Positions 8,865 through 17,580 of a stretch of 64,000 nucleotides of DNA are shown here, piece by piece; position 1 is the stretch's first letter; each line of letters opens with the position of its first letter. The stretch covers positions 1,075 through 65,074 of the forward strand of contig JBKHYE010000123.1 in NCBI GenBank assembly GCA_046565705.1, given 5' to 3'. Made by a program: the position numbers and the translations under genes. The notes under the pieces are model-generated. The model had not been told where the DNA came from and did no database searches. It saw only the letters and a list, made by a program, of their open reading frames with translations. Source of the stretch: Actinomycetes bacterium (GTDB taxonomy: Bacteria; Actinomycetota; Actinomycetes; Mycobacteriales; SCTD01).

Positions 8865-9266
8865 ATGGAGCGGCAGCGGGTCTCGTCTGGAGCGGTGTGG
8901 GAGCCGGTCGTCGGCTACTCGCGGGCGGTCCGCGTCGGGCCGATGGTCTGGGTCGCAGGAACGACGGCGGCCAGACCCGAGGGCGGCGCGGTCGGGGGCG
9001 ACGACGCCGGCGAGCAGACCCGCGAGGCGCTCCGCCGCATCGCCGCGGCGCTGGAGCAGGTCGGCGCGACCCTGGCCGACGCCGTCCGCACCCGCATGTA
9101 CGTCACCGACATCGCGCGGTGGGAGGAGATCGGGCGCGCGCACGGCGAGGTGTTCGCCGACGTCCGCCCGGCGGCCGCGATGGTGCAGGTGGCCGCGCTG
9201 ATCGATCCCGCGCTGCTCGTCGAGGTGGAGGTCGACGCCTACGTGACGGACACGAGCGAGCGCTGA
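8865..9266 (+). CDS. RidA/YjgF family protein
   Basis: 133 aa: ...YSRAVRVGPMVWVAGTTA...GEQTREALRRIAAALEQVGATLADAVRTRMYVTDI...AAMVQVAALIDPALLVEVEVDAYV. Confidence 0.8.
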   Translation: MERQRVSSGAVWEPVVGYSRAVRVGPMVWVAGTTAARPEGGAVGGDDAGEQTREALRRIAAALEQVGATLADAVRTRMYVTDIARWEEIGRAHGEVFADVRPAAAMVQVAALIDPALLVEVEVDAYVTDTSER

Positions 9267-9850
9267 CGCGCCGCGCGGCGGGCGCTGATGGCGTAGTCGA
9301 TGCCGGTCGCGACGGTCGCGATCACTGCGATGGCGAGCACCGGAACGCGCACCGCCGCCGCGGTGCCGGTGAGCGGCAGCAGGTACAGCGCGACGGCGCA
9401 GTTCTGGGTGAACGCCTTGAGCTTGCCGCCCCGGCTGGCCGGGATGACGCCGTGCCGCAGCACCGCCGTCCGCAGCGCGGTGACGGCGACCTCGCGACCG
9501 ATCACGACGGCGGTGACCCACCACGGCACCACGCCCAGCCACGACAGCCCGAGCAGCGCGGTGCCGACCAGCGCCTTGTCGGCGATCGGGTCGGCGAAGG
9601 CGCCGAAGTCGGTGCACAGGCCGCGGCTGCGGGCCAGCCGGCCGTCGACGACGTCGGTGATGCAGGCGGCGGTGAACACCGCCCACGCGGCGACGAGCCA
9701 GCCGTCGCCACCGCTCGCGCGGCCGATCAGCAGTCCGGCGAAGACCGGCACGGCCAGCAGCCGAGCCACGGTCAGGGCGTTCGGCAGGTTGAGCACGGGC
9801 ACCGCGGACGGCGGCACCTCGGTCAGGTCCGGCGCCGCAGCGACCGGCAT
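9239..9850 (-). CDS. pgsA: CDP-alcohol phosphatidyltransferase (phosphatidylglycerophosphate synthase-like)
   Basis: Internal ATG (9850) of track ORF 9239..10033, 17 nt after the upstream stop. It carries the motif DVVDGRLARSRGLCTDFGAFADPIADK (D-x2-DG-x2-AR...G-x3-D-x3-D) and several TM segments. Confidence 0.85.
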   Translation of the reverse strand: MPVAAAPDLTEVPPSAVPVLNLPNALTVARLLAVPVFAGLLIGRASGGDGWLVAAWAVFTAACITDVVDGRLARSRGLCTDFGAFADPIADKALVGTALLGLSWLGVVPWWVTAVVIGREVAVTALRTAVLRHGVIPASRGGKLKAFTQNCAVALYLLPLTGTAAAVRVPVLAIAVIATVATGIDYAISARRAARQRSLVSVT

Positions 9851-9867
9851 GGTGATCGGTTCCGCGG

Positions 9868-11079
9868 TCACGCAGCACCTCCTCGGGACAGGGCACCGGC
9901 GCGCTCGCGCCACAGCCACGACAGGACGATCTCGGCGGTGCGCTCGGGCACCTCGATCTGCGGCACGTGGCCGACGCCCTCGAGGACCTCGAGCTGCCAG
10001 TCCGGCCGCTGCTCGAGCAGCGCCTGCGAGCACGACAGCGGCACGAGCCGGTCGAGCTCGCCGTGCACGATGAGCGCCCGCTGCCGAACGGCGACGACGG
10101 TCTCGCGGTAGGCGTTGCCGCGCGCCAGCAGCGCGACGAGGGACCGGGCCGCCTCGAGGAACGCCGCCTCGGCGTCGGGGCCGGCGGCGCGCGAGGCCAC
10201 CAGCTCGACGGCGACCTGCCGCATCTCCTCCGAGACACGGCTGATGTCGGCCGTCGTCAGCCGCATCTGCTCGCGCACGACGCCCTCGGCGCCGAGCCGC
10301 TCGAGCCGCCGCGCGAGCACGCGCTGCGCGACGCCGGGCACGGCGAACACGGCCGCCTGGCGGGCCACGGCGAGGTCGGGCAGCTCGGTGCGTACGCGCG
10401 GAGCAGCCGGGCCGATGAGCACCAGGTCGGCCACCCGCTGCGGCGCCTCGGCCGCCTCGAGCAGGGCGATCGTGCCGCCCATGGAGTTGCCGAGCAGCAC
10501 CGCCGGCTCGCCCACGACCTCCTCGAGGAAGCGGTCGAGCAGCTCACGGTTCGCCAGCACGGAGGCCGAGCGGCCGGCGCGCGGCGTGCGGCCGTGTCCG
10601 GCGAGGTCGAGCGCGAGGACGCGGTGCCGGGCCGCGAGCAGCGGACCGAGGTCGTGCCAGTTGGCGTGCGAGCCACCCAGCCCGTGCACGCACACCACCG
10701 GTGGGCCGACGGCGTCGCCGGTGGGCTCGTGCTCGACGTAGTGGACCGGGCCGTCGAGGTCGACGGTGCGCGAGCCCTCGACCGGCTCGCCGAGCGCCGG
10801 CGTCAGCGCGATCTCGGACAGCGAGCCGCCGGCGAGGCCGTCGACGTCGACCGGGGCGTCGTCGGTGCCGCGGCGCCACCGGGCCAGCCGCTCGACCGCG
10901 ACGCGCTCGCGGAGCAGCTCGAGCGAGGCGGCATCGCGCAGCGCGGCAGGGCGGAGCGCGGCAGGGCGCAGGGCGGTGGCTCGGTCCCGCAGGGCGGCCC
11001 CCTGCCGGGGGACGGCGGCGGTGAGCTGCCCGGTCCGGTGCTGGACCGCGCGGCGGGTACGGGCTGGCAGCGTGCTCAC
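9868..11079 (-). CDS. Alpha/beta hydrolase
   Basis: VVCVHGLGGSHANWHDLGPLLAARHRVLALDLAGHGRTP and the nucleophile elbow LLGNSMGG. GTG 11079 is preceded by AGAGGA at a 5-nt spacing. The track start 11190 is the alternative. Confidence 0.8.
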   Translation of the reverse strand: MSTLPARTRRAVQHRTGQLTAAVPRQGAALRDRATALRPAALRPAALRDAASLELLRERVAVERLARWRRGTDDAPVDVDGLAGGSLSEIALTPALGEPVEGSRTVDLDGPVHYVEHEPTGDAVGPPVVCVHGLGGSHANWHDLGPLLAARHRVLALDLAGHGRTPRAGRSASVLANRELLDRFLEEVVGEPAVLLGNSMGGTIALLEAAEAPQRVADLVLIGPAAPRVRTELPDLAVARQAAVFAVPGVAQRVLARRLERLGAEGVVREQMRLTTADISRVSEEMRQVAVELVASRAAGPDAEAAFLEAARSLVALLARGNAYRETVVAVRQRALIVHGELDRLVPLSCSQALLEQRPDWQLEVLEGVGHVPQIEVPERTAEIVLSWLWRERAGALSRGGAA

Positions 11080-11266
11080 GCGGGTCCTCTCAGGGCGTCG
11101 GGACAGGGGCGCACCCGGACGACCCGGGCAGGACGAGAGTGTGCGCGCTGAGAGACGACTCAATCCCTCAGCCGACGGGAGTGACGTCACACCGACGACG
11201 CTTCGTCATGGACCACGCGTGCGCGGACACGTGGCAGGCATGCAGCGGCCCGCGCGCGGGCCGCCG

Positions 11267-11360
11267 TGGCGGAGGCTCGGGGATTTGAACCCCGGATGGG
11301 CTTGAAGGCCCAAACCGCATTAGCAGTGCGGCGCCATAGACCGGACTAGGCGAAGCCTCC
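11267..11360 (-). tRNA. tRNA-Ser (anticodon GCT), CCA encoded
   Basis: Acceptor GGAGGCT/AGCCTCC, anticodon stem CCGCA/TGCGG with loop CTGCTAA, long variable arm (GGGC/GCCC), T arm CGGGG-TTCAAAT-CCCCG. Confidence 0.9.
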
Positions 11361-11540
11361 CGAGGGCCTCGCGGCCCACGGCCGAGCAGCGTACCGGGTC
11401 CGGTGGCACGGCGGCAGGGCCAGCGAGGGCGGGCGCCGGGCACGAGACGCCCGTGCTCCGGTCGGGTGACGCGAGCAGACCGTGGCCCGACGGACATGGA
11501 CGGGGGGTCCTGAGGTACCTACGGTGTCCACCATGAGGGG

Positions 11541-12773
11541 GTGACCGTGGCCGACGTCGCGGAGGGCACGTCCTGGCCGGGTGCGAGCCCACCAGGCGTC
11601 GAGCTGCCGCGCACCCGACAGGTCCGGCTGGTCGTCCCGGACGTCCTGCTCACCGACGTGCTCGCGGTGCTCGCCGGCGCCGGCACGACCGCCGACGCCG
11701 CCGGCGCTGCGCTCCCGCTGCTGGCCGGCCGTCCCGGGGTGCGGGCGGTCGCGGTCGTCGCCCGCAGCGAGCGCTCCGCCGTCGTGCTCGGCTCGGCCGG
11801 TTACGACTGCTCCTCCATGGCGCCGGGCGCGCAGCTTCCGCTCGACGCCGGGCTCCCCGTCACCGAGGCGGTCCGCACCGGGCGCACAGTCGTGCAGGGC
11901 GGCGGTCCCAGCTGGGTGGCGATCCCCTTCGGCCGCGGGGCGCAGGAGCCCGGCGCGCTGCTGCTCAGCCTGACGGCCGCGCCCCCGGAGCACACCGCAG
12001 ACCTGGCCCGGCTGCACCGGCTGGCCCGCGCGATCGGCGACGCCCTGCACCGCACGGGCCAGGCCGAGCAGGCGACCGCGTCGCTGGCGGCGGTGAGCGC
12101 TGCGCTTCAGCCGCCGGCCGCCCGCTGCACGGGGTGCGACGTCGTCATCCGGACGTGCGGCGCCCGGGACGGTGTCAGCGGCGACGTCGTGACGTGCCTG
12201 TCCGACGGCCGTGGCGGCACGTGGCTGCTCGCCGCGGACGTCGTCGGGTCCGGGCTGGTCGCCGCGCTGCTCGCCCGGAGCGTGCGGGCGGCCGCCCGTG
12301 CGGTCGCGACGTCGGCCCCTGGACCGGCAGCGCTCCTGCGTGCGGTCGAGCAGGGCATCGCCGACGACGTGCCGCCGGGCCTGTTCGTGACGGCCACCGC
12401 CGTGCACCTGCCGGCGGACGGCCCGGGCCGCGCCGCGAGTGCCGGGCATCCGGTGCCGCTCGTGCTGGCGGCCGGCCGGGCCACGGCGGTCGGCCTCGAG
12501 GCGGGGGCGCCGCTCGCGCTGGAAGCCGTCTCGGTCAGCCGGCACCCCGAGGCGCCGGTCGACCTGCCCGACGGTGGAGTTGTCCTGCTGCACACCGACG
12601 GACTGGTCGAGCGCCGGGCGGGCCGCAGCGTGCGGCAGCTCGACCCGGTGCAGCTCGCGTCGGCCCTGCCCGCGGACCTCGAGACCGCCGCCGACCGGCT
12701 GCTCGCAGCGGCCGACGCCGTCGGACCGGCCGAGGACGACGTCTCGCTGCTGCTGGCGCGCCGCCGCCCGTGA
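11541..12773 (+). CDS. GAF-domain plus PP2C/SpoIIE-family serine phosphatase
   Basis: C-terminal half: ...VSGDVVTCLSDGRGGTWLLAADVVGSGLVAALLARSV...GLFVTATAVHL...GHPVPLVL...GGVVLLHTDGLVE...DDVSLLLARR. The N-terminal half is GAF-like. Confidence 0.75.
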   Translation: MTVADVAEGTSWPGASPPGVELPRTRQVRLVVPDVLLTDVLAVLAGAGTTADAAGAALPLLAGRPGVRAVAVVARSERSAVVLGSAGYDCSSMAPGAQLPLDAGLPVTEAVRTGRTVVQGGGPSWVAIPFGRGAQEPGALLLSLTAAPPEHTADLARLHRLARAIGDALHRTGQAEQATASLAAVSAALQPPAARCTGCDVVIRTCGARDGVSGDVVTCLSDGRGGTWLLAADVVGSGLVAALLARSVRAAARAVATSAPGPAALLRAVEQGIADDVPPGLFVTATAVHLPADGPGRAASAGHPVPLVLAAGRATAVGLEAGAPLALEAVSVSRHPEAPVDLPDGGVVLLHTDGLVERRAGRSVRQLDPVQLASALPADLETAADRLLAAADAVGPAEDDVSLLLARRRP

Positions 12774-13273
12774 CCCGCTGGGTCGCGCTGCTGCGCGGCG
12801 TCAACGTCGGGTCGGCGCGGCGGGTGTCCATGCCGGACCTGCGGGCCCGGCTGGCCGAGCGGGGTGCGGACGACGTCGCCACCTATGTGCAGAGCGGCAA
12901 CGTGGTGCTGTCCTCCGCCGGCGAGGCCGACAGCGTCGGTCGGCTGGTCCGCGACGCCGTCGCCGACCTCGGTGTCGGCTGCGACGTCGTCGTCCGCAGC
13001 GGCGCGGAGATGGCTGACGTCGTCGGGCGCAACCCGTGGCCGGACCGCGTCGGCGAGCCGACCAAGCTGAACGTCGGGTTCCTCGACGGCCCGACCGCAG
13101 GCGAGGCGCGCAGGGTGGCCGACGAGGAGGAGGTGCGGTTCGACGGCCGCGAGCTCTGGCTCTGGTACGGCGCCGGGCAGGGCCGCTCGAAGCTCGTGCT
13201 CGACGTCGGCCAGCGGGTGCTGACGGTGCGGAACTGGCGGACGGTGCTGGCGCTGGCGGAGATGTCGGCCTAG
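12770..13273 (+). CDS. DUF1697 family protein
   Basis: The GTG at 12770 overlaps the upstream stop (GTGA). Sequence: VTRWVALLRGVNVGSARRVSMPDLRARLAERGADDVATYVQSGNVVL...LTVRNWRTVLALAEM. The longer track ORF from 12134 overlaps the phosphatase gene out of frame. Confidence 0.75.
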   Translation: MTRWVALLRGVNVGSARRVSMPDLRARLAERGADDVATYVQSGNVVLSSAGEADSVGRLVRDAVADLGVGCDVVVRSGAEMADVVGRNPWPDRVGEPTKLNVGFLDGPTAGEARRVADEEEVRFDGRELWLWYGAGQGRSKLVLDVGQRVLTVRNWRTVLALAEMSA

Positions 13274-14331
13274 CCGAACACCGCGTTCCACGCCTTGCCG
13301 GCGAGGTCCTTCGCGCCGCCGGCGGCGTCCCCGACGGCGTCGACGACGTCGTCGCCCCACTCCTCGACCGCGGCGCCCACGCCGATGCCGATGAAGGCGG
13401 CCGCCGCGACGCCGATGAGCACCGGCGCTGCGGCGACCGTCGCCGTGCCGAGCAGCGCCGCGGCTCCGGCGGTGATGACGGGAGCGGCCACGGTGGCGGC
13501 GGTCGCGGCGGCGACGTTGCTCGCGACCGCCGTGCCGGGGTCCTTGCCCGACGCGACGTCGACGGCGATGCCGGCACCGGTGGTGAAGACGCCGACCACG
13601 GGGACGCCGCGCAGCACCGGGACGGCGGCCGCGACCGGCCGGCCGGCGTACCGCGCCCACGGCACGACGCGCTGCACGCCGTCGGCCCGCGCCGCCCAGG
13701 TCGTGGCGCTCCCGCGCCAGGCGCGCATCTCCCGCAGCTCGGCGTTGCGGAGCCGGCGGAGCGCCGCCGCCTCGGCACCCGACGCCTGTCCCGCCGCGGT
13801 GCGCACCTGGCGGGCGAAGGCGCCGTGCGCTGCGGCCAGCGCCGCCTGGCCGTCGGCGATGTCACGCGATGACAGCGCCAGGTCGTGGGCGATCATCACG
13901 AGGTCGTCCCAGCCGACGACGGCGCCCTGCGCTCCGCCGGCCGGTCCGGGAGTTCGACTGCCCACGGGCAGGCCGCGCAGCGCGCTCACGAGCGTCTCGT
14001 GCGCGGCGCGCTCCGCCTCCTTGGCGCGGGCGACGAGCCAGGGCGCGTCGGGCTCGTCCGCCTGCCGGGCGAGGTGCTGCGCCTCGGCGAGGTCGGCGGC
14101 GAAGCGCTGCACCGCGCGGCCCGCGGCGGCGAGGGTCGCGGCGAGGTCGTCCGCGGCGGCGCGCTGCCGGCCGGCGAGCTCGCGCCAGCCGTCACCGGCG
14201 TCGCCTTTCCACGACGGGGTCGCGCCGCGCGCAGCCGCCAGCGCGTCCCCGGCCGAGGCGACGCCGTCGGCGGCGCGGGACAGGGCGCGGGCGAGCGCCT
14301 CGCAGCCGGCGACGTCGCCGCGGACGATCAC
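13270..14331 (-). CDS. WXG100-like / T7SS-signal-type N-terminal domain protein with Gly/Ala-rich membrane-spanning C-terminus
   Basis: The N-terminal helical hairpin carries W-x-G (...ATPSWKGDAGDGWRELAG...AADLAEAQHLARQ...). The C-terminal ~110 aa is a run of small-residue hydrophobic segments (GVPVVGVFTTGAGIAV...APVITAGAAALLGTATVAAAPVLIGVAAAAFIGIGVGAAV). GTG 14331 overlaps the upstream stop as GTGA. Confidence 0.6.
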   Translation of the reverse strand: MIVRGDVAGCEALARALSRAADGVASAGDALAAARGATPSWKGDAGDGWRELAGRQRAAADDLAATLAAAGRAVQRFAADLAEAQHLARQADEPDAPWLVARAKEAERAAHETLVSALRGLPVGSRTPGPAGGAQGAVVGWDDLVMIAHDLALSSRDIADGQAALAAAHGAFARQVRTAAGQASGAEAAALRRLRNAELREMRAWRGSATTWAARADGVQRVVPWARYAGRPVAAAVPVLRGVPVVGVFTTGAGIAVDVASGKDPGTAVASNVAAATAATVAAPVITAGAAALLGTATVAAAPVLIGVAAAAFIGIGVGAAVEEWGDDVVDAVGDAAGGAKDLAGKAWNAVFG

Positions 14332-14594
14332 CGCGGCACCGCGCACGCATCGGTCGACTCGTAGGCGTCGGCCGCGGCGCGCAGGGCGTCGGCGTCGGCC
14401 GCCGCCACGGTGGCGAGCGCCTGCACGCAGGCGGTGAGGCCGCCGAGGACGGTCGCCAGCGCGCCGCGGCTGTCGGCGCGGCCGGTGTCCGCGGCGTCGG
14501 CGGCGCGAAGGGACGCCCCGCCACCGGCGGCGGTCTGCGCCGCGCCGTCGGCCGACGTCGCGGCGGCCCGCAGCTCTGCCGGGACGACCCTCAC
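14328..14594 (-). CDS. Small Ala-rich helical protein, EspC / type VII secretion target-like
   Basis: 88 aa starting at GTG 14594, which overlaps the upstream stop as GTGA: VRVVPAELRAAATSADGAAQ...LATVAAADADALRAAADAYESTD. Family assignment is by eye. Confidence 0.5.
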   Translation of the reverse strand: MRVVPAELRAAATSADGAAQTAAGGGASLRAADAADTGRADSRGALATVLGGLTACVQALATVAAADADALRAAADAYESTDACAVPR

Positions 14595-14926
14595 GACGCC
14601 GGCTCCGGGGCGGCGAAGGGGGTGTCGAGCACGACGGCGACGACGCCGAGCCCGGCGGCGAGCGCGTCGGTGCGCTCGACCGTCAGCGCGACCCATGCCT
14701 GGTTGTCACCGCAGCAGCGGACGAGCGCCTCGAGACTCGAGTACGCCGGGAGCACGACGCCATCGCCCGGCACGTCGCGGAGCACGAGCTGCGCGGTCTC
14801 GTCGCCCGGGCGGACCCGCTCGCTCGGCAGGTAGACGACGGCGGTCGGAGGCAGCACGCGCGGCAGTGTGGCGGGCGCGAGCCCACAGCGCGCCGAGTTG
14901 TCCACAAGCTCGGTGCCGGCTCGCAC
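14591..14926 (-). CDS. SAV_915 / SseB-like small protein
   Basis: C-terminal part of track ORF 14591..15673: ...VVYLPSERVRPGDETAQLVLRDVPGDGVVLPAYSSLEALVRCCGDNQAWVALTVERTDALAAGLGV. The gene must start below the tRNA at 14973. In-frame GTG candidates are 14926, 14905 and 14857. Confidence 0.55.
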   Translation of the reverse strand: MRAGTELVDNSARCGLAPATLPRVLPPTAVVYLPSERVRPGDETAQLVLRDVPGDGVVLPAYSSLEALVRCCGDNQAWVALTVERTDALAAGLGVVAVVLDTPFAAPEPAS

Positions 14927-14972
14927 GGGGCCGCCGGTACCTGCTCCGGTGGCAGACTGGCCGGCCGGACCA

Positions 14973-15061
14973 GGAGGGTTCGCATAGTGGACTAGTGCAG
15001 CCGCCTTGAAAGCGGCCAGGCGGTTCATCCCGCCTCGTGGGTTCGAATCCCACACCCTCCG
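14973..15061 (+). tRNA. tRNA-Ser (anticodon TGA)
   Basis: Acceptor GGAGGGT/ACCCTCC, anticodon stem GCCGC/GCGGC with loop CTTGAAA, long variable arm (GGCGG/CCGCC), T arm GTGGG-TTCGAAT-CCCAC. Confidence 0.9.
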
Positions 15062-15253
15062 CACAGGTTGCCCGCGGTCGCGGCTCGACGTGGCGACGGC
15101 GGTCTGCGCTGCTGCTCGGTGGCCGGGCTCGGCGTCCTGATGGTCACCGGCGTGTGGTTGGAGGTGACGAACAGGTGACGAGTCGGTGCGGACCCGGAGC
15201 CGATTCCCGGTCGGCTGCGTCACACCGGCAACCGACCACGCGAGGAGCACGCC

Positions 15254-17515
15254 ATGCCAGCAGCAGCCGGTCCCTGGCCCGCCCGCATCGGACTCGTCAC
15301 GGCGGTGGCCGTCGGCACGGGTCTGCTCACGCTGCTGCCGGGCGGGTCGCCGTCGGCGGGGGCCGCCGGCCTGGTGGCGTGGTCGGACTGCGACGAGCTG
15401 CTGCGCCACTACCGCACGGAGCTGGTGCGCAATCCGATGCCGTACGGCGATGCGCGACTGCTCGGCGACAACAGCGGCGGCGTGCTGGCCGCCCAGGAGA
15501 GCGCCGGCGCCCCGGTGGCGACGTCGAGCGACCGCGCGAGCAGCGGAGCGACCGGTGGCGCCGTGGGCACGGGGCCGACCGGGACGAACGTGCAGGAGGC
15601 CGGCGTCGACGAGCCCGACATCGCGAAGCTCGCCGGCGACGTCGTCGTCACGCTCAACGCCGACCGGCTGCACGTCGTGCGCGGGGGCGCCCGTCCGCAG
15701 GCGCTGACGTCGGTCGGCCTCGGGGACGGGGTGAGCGGCGGCGAGCTGCTCGTCGACGGGACGCGGGTGCTGGTCGTCGCGTCGCGCTGGCAGCCGGTCG
15801 ACGTGCCCGAGCCCGGGCCGCTGCCGGTCGAGCCGGAGCCGCTCCCCGTCGAGCCGGAGCCGCTGCCGGTCGAGCCGGAGCCGGAGCCGGACGACCCGAC
15901 CGTCGAGCCGCTGCCCGTGGAGCCCGACGACGTGCCACCGGTCGACGTCCCGACCACCGAGCCGGCGCCCGACGGATCGGCGACGCCCGAGCGGCCCGTG
16001 CAGGTCGACCCCGACACCGGCGTCTCGTCCGACTCCGCCGCCGCGCCGGTGCGCGGCCGCGCCCTCATGTCGATGGTGGCGCCGGGCGCGCAGTCGGTGC
16101 GGCTCGTGCTCGTCGAGCTCGCCGACCCGGCGGCCCCCGAGGTGGTCGAGACGCTCGACGTCGACGGCGGGTACGTGTCGGCCCGGCTGGTGGACGGCAC
16201 CGTGCGGCTCGTGACCTCGTCGAGGCCGGACCTGTCGATCCCCATGCCGACCGAGCCGGGCGCCGCCGCGCAGCGCGAGGCTGTGCAGTCCTACCGCGAC
16301 GCCGCAGCCGAGGCGGGCGTCGACGAGGTGCTGCCGACGGCGGTGCGGCGCGACGGCTCAGGACGGGAGATCTCCGCCGCGCCGGCGGTGGAGTGCGCCG
16401 ACGTTCAGCACGCGGTCGACGCGCCGAACGGCGTCACCACGCTGATGGTGACGACCCTGCGGCCGAGCGCCGGGCTCGCGCCGGTCGACACCACGGCGGT
16501 CACCACCGACGGCGACCTCGTCTACGCCTCGAGCGAGCGGCTCTACGTCGCGACCAGCCGGTGGGGCACGGTGGCGCCGGCGACCGCCGACGTCCCGGCA
16601 CCCGACGAGGTGACGACGCAGGTGCATGCCTTCGACACCACGTCGCCGGACGCGACCCGGTACCTCGGGTCGGGCTCGGTGCGCGGCTACGCCTACGGCC
16701 GGTGGGCCTTCTCGCAGCACGAGGGGCACCTGCGGGTGGCCACGACGCTCCAGGCACCGTGGGACGCCGGCGGCGGCGCGGCGTCGAGCGTCGTGGTCCT
16801 GGCGGAGGAGGGCGACCGGCTGGTCGAGCGGGGGCGCGTGGACGGCCTCGGCCCGGGCGAGCGCATCTACGCCGTCCGGTACTTCGGCGACATCGCCACG
16901 GTCGTCACGTTCCGGCAGACCGACCCGCTGTACGTGCTCGACCTCGCCGACCCCGCCCGCCCGCGGCTGCTCGGCGAGCTGAAGATCCCGGGCTTCTCGA
17001 CCTACCTGCACCCCGTCGGCGACGACCGGCTGCTCGGCGTCGGGCAGGACGCCGACGCGACCGGCCGCGTGACGGGCTTCCAGCTGTCGCTGTTCGACCT
17101 CACCGACCTGTCGAAGCCGGTGCAGGTGGACCGGCTGTCGCTGGGCGAGGGGTCGAGCCCGGCGTCGGACGACTCACGCGCCTTCGGCTACGACCCGCAG
17201 CGGCGCCTCGCGGTGCTCCCGTTCACGACCTGGGACCGCCGGACCGGCCTCGCCACCAACACGGCGCTCGGCGTGCGGGTCACCGCCGACTGGCGGCTCG
17301 AGGAGGTCGGGCGCCTCGACGCCGGCCCCGACCTGTCGGTGGACCGGGTCCTGCTCGGCGGCGACCGCCTGTACGCGGTGACCTCGGGCAGCGTCGTCGC
17401 AGCCGACCCCGCGACGCTGGCGCCGACGGGCACGGCGGTGCTGCACGGCGCCGGCTCGTCCGGGCGCGGCGTGGAGCCCGGCGGCGGCGCCGAGCCCGGC
17501 GTCGTCGTCGACTGA
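15254..17515 (+). CDS. Secreted beta-propeller domain protein (COG4880 / Beta_propel type)
   Basis: N-terminal hydrophobic signal. The C-terminal region reads ...YAVRYFGDIATVVTFRQTDPLYVLDLADPARPRLLGELKIPGFSTYLHPVGDDRLLGVGQDA...FQLSLFDLTDLSKPVQV. Confidence 0.75.
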   Translation: MPAAAGPWPARIGLVTAVAVGTGLLTLLPGGSPSAGAAGLVAWSDCDELLRHYRTELVRNPMPYGDARLLGDNSGGVLAAQESAGAPVATSSDRASSGATGGAVGTGPTGTNVQEAGVDEPDIAKLAGDVVVTLNADRLHVVRGGARPQALTSVGLGDGVSGGELLVDGTRVLVVASRWQPVDVPEPGPLPVEPEPLPVEPEPLPVEPEPEPDDPTVEPLPVEPDDVPPVDVPTTEPAPDGSATPERPVQVDPDTGVSSDSAAAPVRGRALMSMVAPGAQSVRLVLVELADPAAPEVVETLDVDGGYVSARLVDGTVRLVTSSRPDLSIPMPTEPGAAAQREAVQSYRDAAAEAGVDEVLPTAVRRDGSGREISAAPAVECADVQHAVDAPNGVTTLMVTTLRPSAGLAPVDTTAVTTDGDLVYASSERLYVATSRWGTVAPATADVPAPDEVTTQVHAFDTTSPDATRYLGSGSVRGYAYGRWAFSQHEGHLRVATTLQAPWDAGGGAASSVVVLAEEGDRLVERGRVDGLGPGERIYAVRYFGDIATVVTFRQTDPLYVLDLADPARPRLLGELKIPGFSTYLHPVGDDRLLGVGQDADATGRVTGFQLSLFDLTDLSKPVQVDRLSLGEGSSPASDDSRAFGYDPQRRLAVLPFTTWDRRTGLATNTALGVRVTADWRLEEVGRLDAGPDLSVDRVLLGGDRLYAVTSGSVVAADPATLAPTGTAVLHGAGSSGRGVEPGGGAEPGVVVD
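15821..15883 (+). repeat. 3 x 21-nt tandem repeat encoding LPVEPEP
   Basis: CTGCCGGTCGAGCCGGAGCCG repeated three times with 2 substitutions. A degenerate fourth unit lies near 15911. Confidence 0.8.
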
Positions 17516-17580
17516 GCCCGGCGCCTCAGCCGGCAGGTGCTCCGACGTCCTGACGCGGGGCCGGTGGTTGGCTGGCGGTC

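Noticed and set aside
7200-10238. 1012-aa minus-strand ORF
   Set aside because: It runs antisense through the acyl-CoA synthetase and RidA genes, which have clear motifs on the plus strand. Its translation is Arg/Pro/Gly-rich nonsense, and it overlaps the tRNA-Arg gene.
12107-13865. Minus-strand ORFs 12107..13660 (517 aa) and 12801..13865 (354 aa)
   Set aside because: They are out-of-frame or antisense overlaps of the PP2C, DUF1697 and WXG-like genes. The products are extremely Arg-rich (RRRRGRRRR).
15037-17553. 838-aa plus-strand ORF overlapping the beta-propeller gene in another frame
   Set aside because: The product is Arg/Ala/Gly low complexity, and the ORF overlaps the 3' end of tRNA-Ser (14973-15061). 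The 15254..17515 frame carries the recognisable propeller motifs.
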